Positions 13,859 to 27,212 of a DNA stretch of 64,000 nucleotides are shown piece by piece. Under the pieces are notes generated by a model. It was not told the origin of the DNA. It saw only the letters and a list, made by a program, of their open reading frames with translations, and made no database searches. The translations under genes and the position numbers were made by a program. Position 1 is the stretch's first letter; every line of letters starts with the position of its first letter. Source of the stretch: Squalus acanthias (lineage: Eukaryota); assembly GCA_030390025.1 (NCBI GenBank), contig CM059432.1:91328001-91392000 (forward strand), read 5' to 3'.

Positions 13859-14342
13859 CTTTCGGCACTGCATCCAGGTCCTCGGGGCAACACCATTGGC
13901 ATTGACCTCCATGGTTATCTGCTCCCACTGCCTTCACAGTGTCTGTCTGGAGCACCTCCTGGCCCCCTGTGGAAACAGGATCTTTCTCTTCCTTTCCACA
14001 CCCTGTACTAAGGCCACCAGTTCTGCATCTGAGAGCCTTGGACCTTCTCTCTCTGGCCTTGTTTTGCCATTCTGGTATGTTTCCCAGTTGAAACTCCCTT
14101 CTGCAATTACTTCCAGCACGGCACCTCCCCTTTAAGTGGTGCAGGCTAGCTTTAATTGGTGCTAGCCTCGCACGAACTTGGGCCCCCTGCTTAGCATTTA
14201 GTGCTGGGCTGTTCGCCACTATCATTTCAAGTAGCCGGCAGCGTGAAGTTTGCATGCTGCCTGCGTTACTTTGAATGGACGCGGGTTAATCGCGCATCGC
14301 GATCCCCACGCCCACTTTCGGGGACTATCAAATTTATAGCCT
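13859..14342 (-). mobile_element. Harbinger terminal fragment with Myb/SANT exon 1
   Basis: PRLSDAELVALVQGVERKRKILFP...RTWMQCRK with a stop and a frameshift. TIR-like end CAAATTTATAGCC. Confidence 0.78.
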
Positions 14343-14435
14343 AAGGAGTTAGGGTATGTGAGTAAACAAAAATATGGAAGCTGAAAAATTTCCAGTAATA
14401 TAGGTAAAATAGATGCAGAAATATAAAACTAATTA

Positions 14436-14861
14436 CAGGAAACTTTCGTTTATCCGGCACCCAAATATCCGGAATTCTCGCTTAACCGGCAAAAATCATC
14501 CTCCGAAAACTCCTCTCAAATAACCGGCAATGTTGCCGAGTCGCAGTCGCAGTCTCCGCGAACGCCGAGTGCTCCGAAAACTCCTCTCAAATAACCGGCA
14601 ATGTTGCCGATCCCGAGTCCGAGTCCGAGTCCGCGAACGCCGATTTAGTCAGTAGGGGTACTTTTCAAAAGTGCCACTACTCGGCCTCCTGGCGCTGTCG
14701 GAAGTCCGAAACACTGCAGTAGCAGGAGTTGATTCTCCCGCGCTGCCTGGAGTCTCTTTGTTAAAAATAGCCTCGGTAGATATAACTCTCCGTTATCCGG
14801 TACTTTCGATAAACCGGCACCACGTCGGTCCCGTCGATGCCGGATAAACGAAAGTTTCCTG
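14436..14861. mobile_element. Tc1/mariner (pogo/Tigger-like) MITE
   Basis: Perfect 24-bp TIR CAGGAAACTTTCGTTTATCCGGCA flanked by TA on both sides. Internal ~71-bp tandem duplication at ~14502-14643. Confidence 0.92.
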
Positions 14862-15247
14862 TACAATGCTTCATTCAAATATGGGATTTAAGTCCAACAT
14901 TTGTGTTTATTAAAAATGCTGGTCAGTATGACAAATATGAAGCATTTCTATGATGCATCGTGTTACCCATTTCTTTCTATCATGGTACATATAAGATTAA
15001 AAACCAGAGTCCTTCTCAGAAATTTGTCGAGCTTGTTTTCATGCACAGATGTTGCACCTGCAACAGCTATCAGAGGAGAGGGCCAAACCATTCAATTCAA
15101 ACATATGTATCCTGTGGATTTTGTTTAAATGCATGTTTGATTGGTGGTTTTATTTGAATTTGAGATACATATTTAAATTTTCTTTGCCCTGGTCAATTTT
15201 GAAAGCATATGCCTCAGCCCGTTGTGTTGCATTTGAGTAGTCCATCT

Positions 15248-15472
15248 AAAAGAAAGACTTGGATTTATATAACGCTTTTCACGGCCACCGGACGTCTCAA
15301 AGCACTTTACAGCCAATGAAGTACTTTTGAAGTGGAGTCATTGTTGTAATGTGGGAAATCCGGCAGCCAATTTGCGCACAGCAAGCTCCCACAAACAGCA
15401 TGTGATAATGACCAGATAATCTGTTTTTGTTATGTTGGTTGAGGGATAAATATTGGCCAGGACACCGGGGAT
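15248..15472 (-). mobile_element. DeuSINE (SacSINE1/AmnSINE1-like) 3' part
   Basis: Minus strand reads GTCCTGGCCAATATTTATCCCTCAACC...GCTTGCTGTGCGCAAATTGGCTGCC...TATATAAAT, the recalled Deu domain plus L2-like tail. Confidence 0.8.
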
Positions 15473-16244
15473 AAAGTCAGATCACAGTACGATTCTGTTG
15501 TTTTGCACTAATATTTTCATGCAAAATTCATGGTGCTATTGTCAAAACTACAGCATTAAATTACCAGTATAAAAAGGGCATATGATAGTGTTTCTGAATA
15601 AAAATAATCTATACCAAAAGCATGATGATACAATTTGGTAGTATTTTGTCATCAAAGGTTTGAGATTGCATTACACTATGGCGTGGCACTACACAAGTCC
15701 TTTGGGGATTCGCCAGTTGTCAAGTTGCCAGTTTCAGCCATCCTAAAATGAAAGGGTAAGGCAAGAAAGTTTTGAGGACATATCATCCTGGAGCACCTCA
15801 TAAAACTATATTTAAGAACAGCATTGTCAATTGCTTCACAATTGGTCGTCTGCCCACCCTCAGACTAAGAATGATACTTATTGCAAGGCAAATGAAAGAG
15901 TTTTTAAGAGTAAAAAGCCCCAGCTCTCTAAACCTATAGTGGTAATGGTGGGCCTTAGGTTAGGTACCAATCTAGTGACCCTTTTCTGAACCCTTTCCAG
16001 TGCCTCTATATGAGAGGGTGGCAAAAGTGAACACAGTATTTTAGGTGATGTCTGACCAAGATCTTATATAGAAATTTCATGTTTTTTATCTAATTATCCT
16101 GACAATACTTCGTAACACTCCATTTACTTTTGTAATAGTCTCATGGCTCTGGTAATGAATCTTCAATAACTACCTTCTGTCCACTAGAATGTAACCAGTT
16201 CCTTATTCAACCCAATATCTGCCCACCAACCCGACAGGTCTCTA

Positions 16245-17310
16245 AAATAAAAGCAGAGAATGCTAGAAATACTCAGAAGGTCAGACAGCATTTGTAGAGA
16301 GAGAAACAAGAGTTAACATTTCAGGTCGATGAACTTTCATCAGAACTGGAAGAAGTTAGAGATATAAAAGTTTATAAGCAAGTACAAAGCCAGGGAAGGG
16401 TGGGGGGGGGGGGGGGGATGACAGGGGGGAGGGGAGAGGAGAGGCAAGAACACCTGGAATGCACTGCCTGAAAGGATGGTGGAAGCAGATTCAATCGTAA
16501 CATTCAAAAGAGAATTGGATAGTACTTGAAGGGAAAAAATATACAGCGCTATGGGGAAGGAGCAGGGGTGTAGGATTAATTAGATAGCTCTACCAAAGAG
16601 CCGGCACAGGCAAAATGGGCCAAATGGCCTCCATCTGTGCTATTTCATTCCATGATTCTAGCAGTGATTAAATGTCAAAAAGGATGATGGTGCAAAGGCA
16701 AAAGGGGGTGGTAATGGGTCAAGTAAAGAAACAAAAGATGGGATAGAGGAGCTTTAAATGGTTACAGCAGAACCATTCCCAGCACCTGCTGTCCAAAAAA
16801 ATGGGAGCAGTGGTTATGATCTGAAATTGTTGAAATCAATGTTGAGTCCGGAAGGTTGTAAAGTGCCTAATCAAGCTTCATTGGAAGAATGTAGAAGGCC
16901 GAGGACAGAGAGGTCAGAGCAGGACTGGGATGGAGAATTAAAATGGCAAGCCACCGGAAGCTCAGGGTCACACTTGCGGACTGAACGGAGCTGTTCAGTA
17001 AAGTGATCACTCAATCTGTGTTTGGTCTCCCTAGTATAGAGGACACCACATTGTGAGCAGCGAATACAGTATACTAAATTGAAAGAAGTACAAGTAAATC
17101 TGGAAGGAGTGATTGGGGCCCTGGACAGTGGGAAGGGAGGAGGTGAAAGGGCAGGTATTACATCTTCTGTGCTTGCACAGGACAGTGTCGTGGGAAGGGG
17201 AGCAGGTGTTGGGGGTGATGGAAGAATGGACCAGAGTGCCGCGGAGGTAACGGTCCCTTTGGAATGCTGAAAGGAGAGGAGGGGAAGGTGAGTTTACTGG
17301 TGGCATCACA
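16245..17310 (-). mobile_element. Penelope-like retroelement 3' fragment (Cys-rich linker, GIY-YIG region, terminal repeat), with a CR1 3' fragment inserted at ~16445-16660
   Basis: ORF 17031-17309 reads AFQRDRYLRGTLVHS...CKHRRCNTCPF. The terminal part carries a CTGATGA...GAAA hammerhead-like core. Confidence 0.78.
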
Positions 17311-17840
17311 GAAGTGGCGGAGCTTTGGTTGGCTTATACTGGATATTAGTGGACAAACTAGGTTCCAGGTGGGGAGGAAAACATTTCAAAATTCCCAAAC
17401 CCAACACCACCCCACCTCCAACACGCCCACTTCTGCATTGAACGGGGGCGTGTTTGATGCATGCGAGTAACCTGCTCTCCTGAGGTGGGTCACTGATTAT
17501 CACATGCTAATGAGGTGCATTTGAAGAGATTTCAACAGGGATTTGAATTTAACGCCTCCAGCACGGGTTTCCCGGGGCTCGGAAAACTCGCCAATGAAAT
17601 GGAGGTGAGAGTGAGCGGCACTTCACGGGAGTGTTTAAAATTCTGATTGCCCGATAGGAATAAAGGATCAGTGCTTACAGCCGCTTTCTCAGTTCCGTCT
17701 AGCAAACATTTTGCAGAGAGTTCTTGTGATCATAGACATGTTTCAGAATTTTGGAGGCTTTCAAACAGACAACATCAGGATGGGGGGGGGGCGCCATGGA
17801 TGTTTTCGATAGGACATCAGACGAGGAATACAATCACCAT

Positions 17841-20800
17841 CTGCAGGGCATTCTGAAGGGGGAGGGCGAACAGTCAGAGGTCGTGGTTCACACTGGTACC
17901 AACGACATGGGTAGAAAGAGGGATGAGGTCCTGCAACAAGAATTTAGGGAGCTAGGGAGCAGATTAAAAAGCAGGACCTCAAAGGTTGTAATCTCTGGAT
18001 TACTCCCGGTGCCACGTGCTAGTGAGTATAGGAATAGGAGGATAGAGCAGATGAATGCATGGCTAAAGCGTTGGTGCAGGAGGGAGGGCTTTAGTTTCCT
18101 GGATAACTGGGTCTGCTTCTGGGGAAGGTGGGACCTGTACAAGTAGACGGGTTGCACCTGAACCGGAACGGGACCAACATCCTTGCGGGGAGGTTTGCTA
18201 GTACTGTTGGGGGGGGGGGTTTAAACTAACTTGGCAGGGGGATGGGATATGGAGTGGAGCTATAGTAGGGGGCGATGCACAGCCAAATACAGAGGAAAAA
18301 ACAAGTCAGCCTGGAAGGCAGAGCAAATATGTAACGGCACAAGGGAGTATGGCAAGGCTGGATGGCATTTATTTTAATGCAAGGAGTCTTGAGAGTAAGG
18401 CAGATGAATTGAAGGTGTTGATGAACACATGGGAGTATGATATTGTTGCTATCACAGAGACATGGTTGAGGGAGGGGCAGGACTGGCAGCTCAATATTCT
18501 GGGGTATAGAATCTTCAGGCAAGACAGAAGGGGGTGTAAAAGAGGAGGGGGTGTTGCAATATTAATCAAGGAGTCAATTACTGCTGTAAGGAGGGATGAT
18601 ATCATAGCAGGTTCCTCTAATGAGGCCATATGGGTAGAACTTAAAAACAAAAAGGGGGCAAGCACTTTGCTGGGAGTGTACTATAGGCCCCCAAACAGTC
18701 AGGGGGTGATAGAGGAACAGATATGTAGGCAAATCTCAGAGAAGTGTAGAAATAATAGGGTAATAATAGTAGGGGATTTCAACTTCCCCAATATTAACTG
18801 GGATAGTCAGAGTGTGAAAGGCTTAGAGGGTGCGAAATTCTTAAAGTGCATCCAGGAGAGCTTTTTGAGCCAGCATGTAGAAAGTCCTACAAGAGAGGGG
18901 GCGGTACTGGACCTAATTCTAGGGAATGTAGCCGGGCAAATGGTAGAAGTGTCAGTAGGAGAGCATTTTGGTGACAGTGACCATAATTCGGTGAGATTTA
19001 AGGTAGTCATGGAAAAGGACAAAGATGGACCGGAAATAAAGGTTCTAAATTGGGGGAAGGCCGATTTTAATATGATAAGGCAGGATCTGGCCAAAGTGGA
19101 CTGGGATCAGCTACTTGAAGGAAAATCCACGTCAGAGCAGTGGGAGTCTTTCAGAAAGGAAATAGAGAGAGTACAGCGCCAACATGTTCCCGTAAAGGTC
19201 AAGGGTGGGACCAACAAACCCAGGGAACCCTGGATGTCAAGGGATATACACGAGTGGATTAGGAAAAAAAAGGGAAGCTTTTGGCAGATACAAAGGACTA
19301 AAAACAGTGGAAGCCCTAGAGGAGTATAGAAAGTGCAGGGGGGTACTTAAAAAAGAAATTAGGAGAGCGAAGAGGGGGCCTGAAAAAACACTGGCGGGCA
19401 AAATAAAGGAAAATCCCAAGGTGTTTTATAAGTTGGTGGAGTGGTAAATAGCGAGGAGGGAAGCCTCAGGCTACATGATGCTATAGACGGGTTGGTTAGA
19501 TGGGCAGAACAGTGGCAAATGGAATTTAACCCTGAAAAGTATATTAAGGGCAAGAGGATAACCAGGGAAAGAGTAGGGCCCATTAGGGACCAGAGTGGCA
19601 ATCTGTGTGTAGAGCCAGAAGATGTAGGTGAGGTTTTAAATGAATATTTTGCATCTGTGTTCACTATGGAGAAGGACAATGTAGGCATAGAAATCAGGCA
19701 GGGGGATTGTGATATACTTGAACAAATTAGTATTGAGAGGGAGGAGGTACTAGCAGTTTTAGCGGGCTTAAAAGTGGATAAATCCCCAGGCCCAGACGAG
19801 ATGTATCCCAGGCTGCTGTGTGAGGCAAGGGAGGAGATTGCAGGGGCTCTGACACAAATTTTCAGAACCTCTCTGGCCACAGGGGAGGTGCCAGAGGACT
19901 GGAGAACAGCTAACGTAGTCCCATTATTCAAGAAGGGTAGTAGGGATAAACCAGGGAATTACAAGCCAGTGAGCCTAACATCAGTGGTAGGGAAATTATT
20001 GGAAAAAATTCTGAGGGACAGAATTAGTCTCCACTTGGAGAGGCAAGGATTAATCAAGGATAGTCAGCATGGCTTTGTCAGGGGGAGATCATGTCTAACC
20101 AATTTGATTGAATTTTTCGAAGGGGTGACTAGGTGTGTGGATGAGGCTAGTGCAGTTGATGTAGTCGACATGGACTTCAGTAAGGCTTTTGACAAAGTCC
20201 CACATGGGAGACTGGTCAAGAAGGTAAGAGCCCATGGGATCCAGGGCAATTTGGCACACTGGATCCAAAATTGGCTTAGTGGAAGGAGGCAGAGGGTGAT
20301 GGTCGAAGGTTGTTTTTGTGACTGGAAGCCTGTGTCCAGTGGTGTACCGCAGAGATCGGTGCTGGGTCCTTTGCTGTTTGTAGTGTACATTAATGATTTA
20401 GATATGAATGTAGGAGGTATGATCAGTAAGTTCGCAGTTGACACGAAAGTTGGTGGAGTGGTAAATAGCGAGGAGGGAAGCCTCAGGCTACAGGACGATA
20501 TAGACGGGTTGGTCAGATGGGCAGAACAGTGGCAAATGGAATTTAACCCTGAAAAGTGTGAGGTGATGCATTTTGGGAGGACTAACAAGGCAAGGGTATA
20601 CACAATGAATAGTAGGACCCTAGGAAGGACAGAGGACCAGAGGGACCTTGGTGTGCATGTACATAGATCCCTGAAGGCAGCAGGACAGGTAGATAAGGTG
20701 GTTAAAAAGGCATATGGGATACTTGCCTTCATTAGCCAAGGCATAGAATACAAGAGCAGGGAGGTTATGATGGAGCTGTACAAAACGCTAGTTAGGCCAC

Positions 20801-21350
20801 AGCTGGAATACTGTGTGCAGTTCTGGTCGCCACACTATAGGAAGGATGTGATTGCATTGGAGAGGGTGCAAAGGAGATTCACCAGGATGTTACCTGGGCT
20901 GGAGCGCTTCAGCTATGAAGAGAGACTGGACAGGCTGGGGTTGTTTTCCTTAGAGCAGAGAAGGCTGAGGGGGAACCTGATTGAGCTGTACAAAATTATG
21001 AGGGGCATAGATAGGGTAGATAGAAAGGAACTTTTCCCCTTAGTAGAGGGGTCAATAACCAGGGGGCATAGTTTCAAGGTAAGGGCAGGAGGTTTAGAGA
21101 GGATTTGAGGAAAAACTTTTTCACCCAGAGGGTGGTTGGAATCTGGAACTCACTGCCTGAAAGGGTGGTAGAGGCAGGAACCCTCACAACATTCAAGAAG
21201 CATTTAGATGAGCACTTGAAATGCCATGGCATACAAGGCTACGGACCAAGTGCTGGAAAATGGAATTAGAATAGACAGGGCTTGATGGCCGGTGCGGACA
21301 CGATGGGCCGAAGGGCCTCTTTCTGTGCTGTATAACTCTATGACTCTATG
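17841..21350 (+). mobile_element. Young CR1 LINE: SGNH-esterase ORF1 C-terminus plus nearly complete frameshifted ORF2 (APE endonuclease and RT)
   Basis: VVVHTGTND esterase motif. ORFs 18349-19329 (endonuclease) and 19441-21108 (RT, with FAVDTK at the FADD site). CTCTATGA tail and possible ACCAT TSD. Confidence 0.95.
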
Positions 21351-21731
21351 ACCATCCATGGCAGCAAGGTCATGCTGTGGTGGGATCTGCAGGTGCACAA
21401 GAGAGGGGTGCTCAAGAGGGAGGTACACAACACAGATTTGGACAACACAGATCTGGAGAACAGCAGAGAGGAAAGCACTACCCACGTGAGAGGGTCTACA
21501 GCCAAAGGCTCAGCTTCCTTGACCTATCTGAAGAACAGTGCTTCCGCAGGCTCAGATTGACATGGCAGGTGGTCACAGACATCTGCAGCACCTTTGAAAA
21601 GAGTTGCTCCCTGCTGGGCCTGGTGGCCATGCATTGTCCATCGCTGTGAAAGTCACCACTGCCCTCAATTTCTTCGCCTCTGACTCGTCCAGTGCATCAC
21701 TGGAGTCATTTCAGTCGGCTGCACATAAATA

Positions 21732-23198
21732 ACCCCTCTATTTAAGAAGCAAATGTAACCCCACTATTTAAGAAAGGAGAGAGAGAAAATCGGGAACTAC
21801 AGACCAGTTCGCCTGACATCAGTAGTAGGGAAAATGCTAGAATCTATTATTACGGACGTGGTAACAGGGCACTTAGAAAATAATAATAGGATTGGGCAGA
21901 GTCAACACGGATTTATGAAAGAGAGATCGTGTTTGACAAATCTATTAGAGTTTTTTGAGGTTGTAACTAGCAGAATAGATAAGGGGGAACCAGTGGATGT
22001 GGTGTATTTGGATTTTCAGAAGGCATTCAATAAGGTGCCACACAAGAGGTTATTAAACAAAATTAGAGCTCATGGGATTGGGGGTAATATACTAGCATGG
22101 ATTGAGGATTGGTTAACAGACAGAAAACAGAGAGTAGGGATAAACGGGTCATTTTCGGGTTGGCAGGCTGTAACTAGTGGGGTACCACAAGGATCAGTGC
22201 TTGGGCCTCAGCTATTTACAATCTATATCAATGATTTGGATGATGGGACCAAATGTAATATATCCAAGTTTGCTGATGATACAAAGCTGGGTGGGAATGT
22301 AAGTTGTGAGGAGGATACAAAGAGGTTTCAAGGGGATATAGACAGGCTAAGTGAGTGGGCAAGAACATGGCAAATGGAATATAATGTGGAGAAATGTGAA
22401 GTTATCCACTTTGGTAGGAAAAATAGAAAAGCAGAGTATTTTTTAAACGGAGAGAGATTGGGAAATGTTGGTGTTCAGAGGGACCTGGGTGTCCTTGTAC
22501 ATGAATCACTGAAAGTTAACATGCAAGGTACAGCAAGCAATTAAGAAAGCAAATGGTATGTTGGCCTTTATTACAAGAGGATTTGAGTATAAGAGTAAGG
22601 ATGCCTTACTGCAATTATATAGGGCCCTGGTGAGACCACACCTGGAGTACAGTGTACAGTTATGGTCTCCTTACCTAAGGAAGGATATACTTGCCATAGA
22701 GGGAGTGCAACGAAGGTTCACCAGACTGGTTCCTGGGATGGGGAGATTGTCCTATGAGGAGAGATTGAGTAGACTAGGCCTATATTCTCTAGAGTTTAGA
22801 AGAATGAGAGGTTATCTCATTGAAACATACAAAATTCCTGCAGGACTTGACAGGGTAGATGCAGGGAGGATGTTTCCCCTGGCTGGGGAGTCTAGAACCA
22901 GGGGTCACAGACTCAGAATAATAGGTTGGCCATTTAGGACTGAGATGAGGAGAAATTTCTTCGCTCAGAGGGTGGTGAATCTTTGGAATTCTCTACCCCA
23001 GAGGGCAGTGGAGGCTCAGTTGTTGAGTATATTCTAGACAGATAGCGATAGATTTTTGGATATTAAGGGAATCTAGGGATATGGGGATAGTGCAGGGAAA
23101 GTTGGGTTGAAGTAAAAGATCAGCCATGATCTTATTGAATGGCAGAGCAGGCTCGAGGGGCTGAATGGCCTACTCCTGCTCCTATTTCTTATGTTCTT
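21732..23198 (+). mobile_element. 5'-truncated CR1 LINE (RT to 3' tail)
   Basis: ORFs 21834-22544 (SKFADDTK) and 22558-23037. TTCTTATG tail. Confidence 0.93.
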
Positions 23199-25609
23199 AA
23201 ATACATAAGGTGGGCCACGGATAGGTTGTTTGCCAGGGCGTGATTTATGTCAAATTCTCCTGCGACGACAATAGCCAGAATGAGCGGGCAGTCAGATTTG
23301 CATCTCTGGCTGGCTTTCCACAGGTTCAGGGTGCCATCGATTGCATACACGTGGCAATCCGAGGACCACTAAATGAACCAGGAGTGTTTATCACCCGCAA
23401 GGGATTTCATTCCATCAATGTACAGCTGGTGTGCAACCACCAGAGGTTCATGCAGGTGTGTGTCAGACTCAATGAGAGCTGTCATGATGCTTTTATACAG
23501 CAGCAGTCTAACATTCCAGATCTTTTCATAGCAGGAAATATAATTAAGGGCTGGCGCGTACGAGACAAGGGATACTCTCTTCAAACTTGGCTCAGGACAC
23601 CTGTGAGGAACTCCACCAATGAGGCACAAGAGCGCTACAATGAGACCCACATGACCACTAGGTGTGTCACTGAGCAAGCCGTCACTATGTTGAAGATGTG
23701 CTTGATAGGTCTGGCGGCACCCTTCAATACTCGCCAGCGAAGGTGTCCAGAATGACAGTGGTGTGCTGCGTCCTGCACAACATTACGCAACAGAGAGGAT
23801 TAGAAGTGGAGGACGACCAAGGTGCTCATCAATCATCTTCTAATATCAAGAATATTGAAGAAGATGAGAAGGAGGATGATGACGATGGACAATATGAAGT
23901 TGGGACACCCATCACCAGACCAGGCACGTGCATTGCTGTCCAGGAAGCCAGGGATGCCCTAATAGCGCGAAGGTTCAGCTAGTGACTCACACTGGAAAAA
24001 ATTAAATTGAAATCCTCCACCCGCTCCAACCCCACCACCACCATCACACGCACCCGCACCCCCCACCCTTTACACAAAACAGTCCTTGAACCAAGCATAC
24101 ATCCATTGCACAACCACCCAATGCGTCCCACCATGTATTGACATTCATCATGAAGCAACTCAAAGGACAACTTGTTATTCGGGACACAATAATGGGCAAG
24201 ATGTGGAAGTGGTACAAATCAAAAATTTTATGCGCCATTATAAGAAAAGGAAACTTAACAACATAACTTTTTATCAATCACCCATGTGCATACCCTTGCT
24301 GAATTACAATAGCTTTCTCTTACACTTCCTACCGCTTCTGTGAGGTACATCCCCTGTGGCTTCAGCAGAGGTAGAGGCAGGCTGCTCAAATCCCTGCTCT
24401 CACTGCTGAGATAACCAGCAAATAGTTCCCCACCTATGACCTCTGGGTTTTGGAACCCCGCCACAGACTGCTGCACCTGCCCCTGTGCAACAGCAGACTT
24501 GACCATTGGCGACGCGTTGGGTACAGGCTGAGGGCGGGGAAACGGGTAAAACGTCTGAGCGCTTTGAGTGGAGTTCACATTTCCATGTCCCCTTTCGCCA
24601 TCATCCCTCTCCTGGGGCAGCACAACATCATTCCTACCACTCTGATGGAGAGCAGCTTGGTGCAGATCAGTGACATGCTGTAAGGCCATGGATAAGGTAT
24701 TTGTCATCCTATTTAAGGCAGCAGAAATCTCCTGCATGGCCGTGGTCATGCCCTGCATAGACTCATTTGAGAGCCATGCTTGAAGCTCCACGGAGGTGGC
24801 CACTCTCTCCATGGCAGACATTCTTGCAATTATCTGCGACACCAAGCCACTACTGTTGGAGCTGGACTCCTCCATGCTCTCTGCTATTGTGGAGAGTGTG
24901 TGCGGCATATCTGTCAGTAACTCACAAAGTTGCTGATGTACCTCTATCATTCTTCTTCTCAATGATGGCCCGTGGGGTAAACCATCTGTGTCCAGCTGAG
25001 CAGAGCTTAGAGAGAATTGCACCCCCTGACGCGGACTCTCCACAGCTGTCCCTGCCACCAGTGTCTGCTCGTGCTCACTTGTGAATTGTGAATCACCAGG
25101 TGAAAACCCAACTAACTGTCTAACTGGACCCACCAAAGTGCGAGTATTTGTGCTGCTGCATGGCTGTAGGTCCTGTGATGGTGCACCCTCAGAAGGAATG
25201 AGATCCTCTGAGGAATCGTCGTCGGGCATGTCCATAGACTGTTGCTCTATGTGTGAAAGGCCTGGAAGATAAAAGAAACGCAAAGTAACCATCATCATAC
25301 TCAGGCTTCTCATAGTTCAATCGTTGATGAAGTAAAGTCAGCATGTGTGTCAGAGATATTTTTAATTTTGTCACCGGGCATCTGCAAGTTCCCAGTCTCT
25401 CCATCTCCGATTGACAGGGATGCAGAGGTACCACTTATCTCTATGGTCTCCTCCTCTCCCTTGTGTTTTGCACTCTCTACTCCTACAAGGGGTGAAAGAA
25501 CAGGACCTGTGAGTGACTGAAGGTTACGTATTCATCCGATGGATGCAGTGCATTTGGTGACGGTGACTATCAGACATCTCCTGCATCACATTGCATAAGG
25601 ATTTAGGTT

Positions 25610-26160
25610 AGGTTAGGCCTCAGCTGGAGTACTGTGTACAATTCTGGGCACCACAATTTAGGAAGGATGTCAAGGCACTGGAGAGGGTCCAGGGGAGGTT
25701 TACCAAGATGATACCAGGGATGAGAGCCTTCAATTATGTGGAAAGAATGGAGAAGCTGGGATTGTTCTCCTTAGAGCATTATTAAGGGGAAACCTAATAG
25801 AGGTATTCTCAAAATTATGAGGCATTTTGATAGAGCAAGTAGGGAGAAATGGTTTCCTCTGGCAAGTGGGTCGGTAACCAGAGGTCATAGATTTAAAATA
25901 ATTGGCAAAGGAACTAGAGGGGAAATGAGGAGAAATCTCTTCACACAGAAGGTTAAGATCTGGAACACACTTCCTGAAAGTGCGGTGAAATCAGATTCCA
26001 TAGGAACTTTCAAAGGGCAATTGGACATGTACTAAGATGACTAATTTGCAGGGTTATGGGGAAAAGCTGGGGAGTGGGACTAATTTGATAGCTATTTCAA
26101 AGAGCCGGCACAGGAATGACAGGCCAAATGGCCTCCTTCTGTGCTTTAGGATTCTATGAT
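25610..26160 (+). mobile_element. CR1 3' fragment inside the Harbinger Myb intron
   Basis: [13 protein letters not shown] and TRGHRFK motifs. ATTCTATG tail. Confidence 0.85.
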
Positions 26161-27212
26161 TATGTGACTGGGGTGAATGGCAGCAGTGAATGGATAAATG
26201 GGGAGGTTAGGAAGTGCATAGAAAGTGAAGGATGGGTGCTGTTGAAGTTTAAGTGGGTGTGAGGAGTGATGTGATGGAGTAGGCTTGGCAAGACAAAATG
26301 AAGGTGAGGGGCGGTGTTGAACACCACAGGATGTAGGTGATTCAGCAATTGTACTCACTTTTTGTGACCTGGTTAGGTCATTAAATCGCTTCCTGCACTG
26401 CATCCAAGGGCACAATGCTTCTGCTGCTCACCTCCTCAGCCACCTCCAACCACACCTTCTTGGTAAGAGCAGCAGGTATCTTTCTCTCATTGCTGGGGAA
26501 AAGTAACTCCCTCCTGCTCCTGACTGCACCAAGCAAGTCAAAGGAAGCATCATTAAATCTGGGTGCTGGCCTTCCTCATCCTGAATCCATGTTCACTAAT
26601 TCTTAGCATCTCCTTCCAAAACCTCCTAACTCTTCCAAATTCCAATTTTGTATTGGCCCTTTAAATAGTCAACTTGAGATTGCGTCATGCGGGAGCGCAT
26701 CATACCCACTGTCGCAGCTTGGAGATGCGAAACCCGGAAGGAAAAATTGAATTGGCTAATCAAGTTGAAATTGGACATTCTGACCCGCTAAATTTTCTTC
26801 CGGGTTCCACACGTGCAATTCGACCGCACCACCTCCCGTTTGGAACCCGCCTTTGTGCTAATATCAGGGCCAATGATACACTTGTGAACCGCAAATTAGC
26901 TTATACCGCAGATGTCCCCCCTGGTTCTCTGGAAGAAGTCAAAGATAGAAAAGTTAATATCTGTGGAGAGCTCAGCATTGCCATCACTGTGGCTGAGGTT
27001 GTCTCTTTATTACAGATGCCTCAGGTCTGTAGCTGCCTCCCTGCTGTACGGGAGCCTGCAAAGGCAGTTCTCTTTTGACATTGCAGATCAGTCAATCAAG
27101 TTGCTTATACCTGCTACATGTTCACTTGGAAGGTAACAAGTGATTCAGCAACATTATTACAGGCAATGTTCCCGTTAAATTTTTTTTGGGTGCGCAGCCC
27201 ATTCAAAATAAC

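Larger units (their letters stand above)
17336..26871. mobile_element. Old Harbinger element split by three CR1 insertions: transposase on + (~17780-17840, 21351-21731, 23199-23982), Myb/SANT gene on - (~24255-26591)
   Basis: FPQVQGAIDCIHVAIR, RKGFHSINVQL, DKGY and CCVLHN motifs. Minus-strand WMQCRKRFNDLTRS. Right terminus CTAATATCAGGGCC matches a degraded left terminus GATATTAG. Confidence 0.82.
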
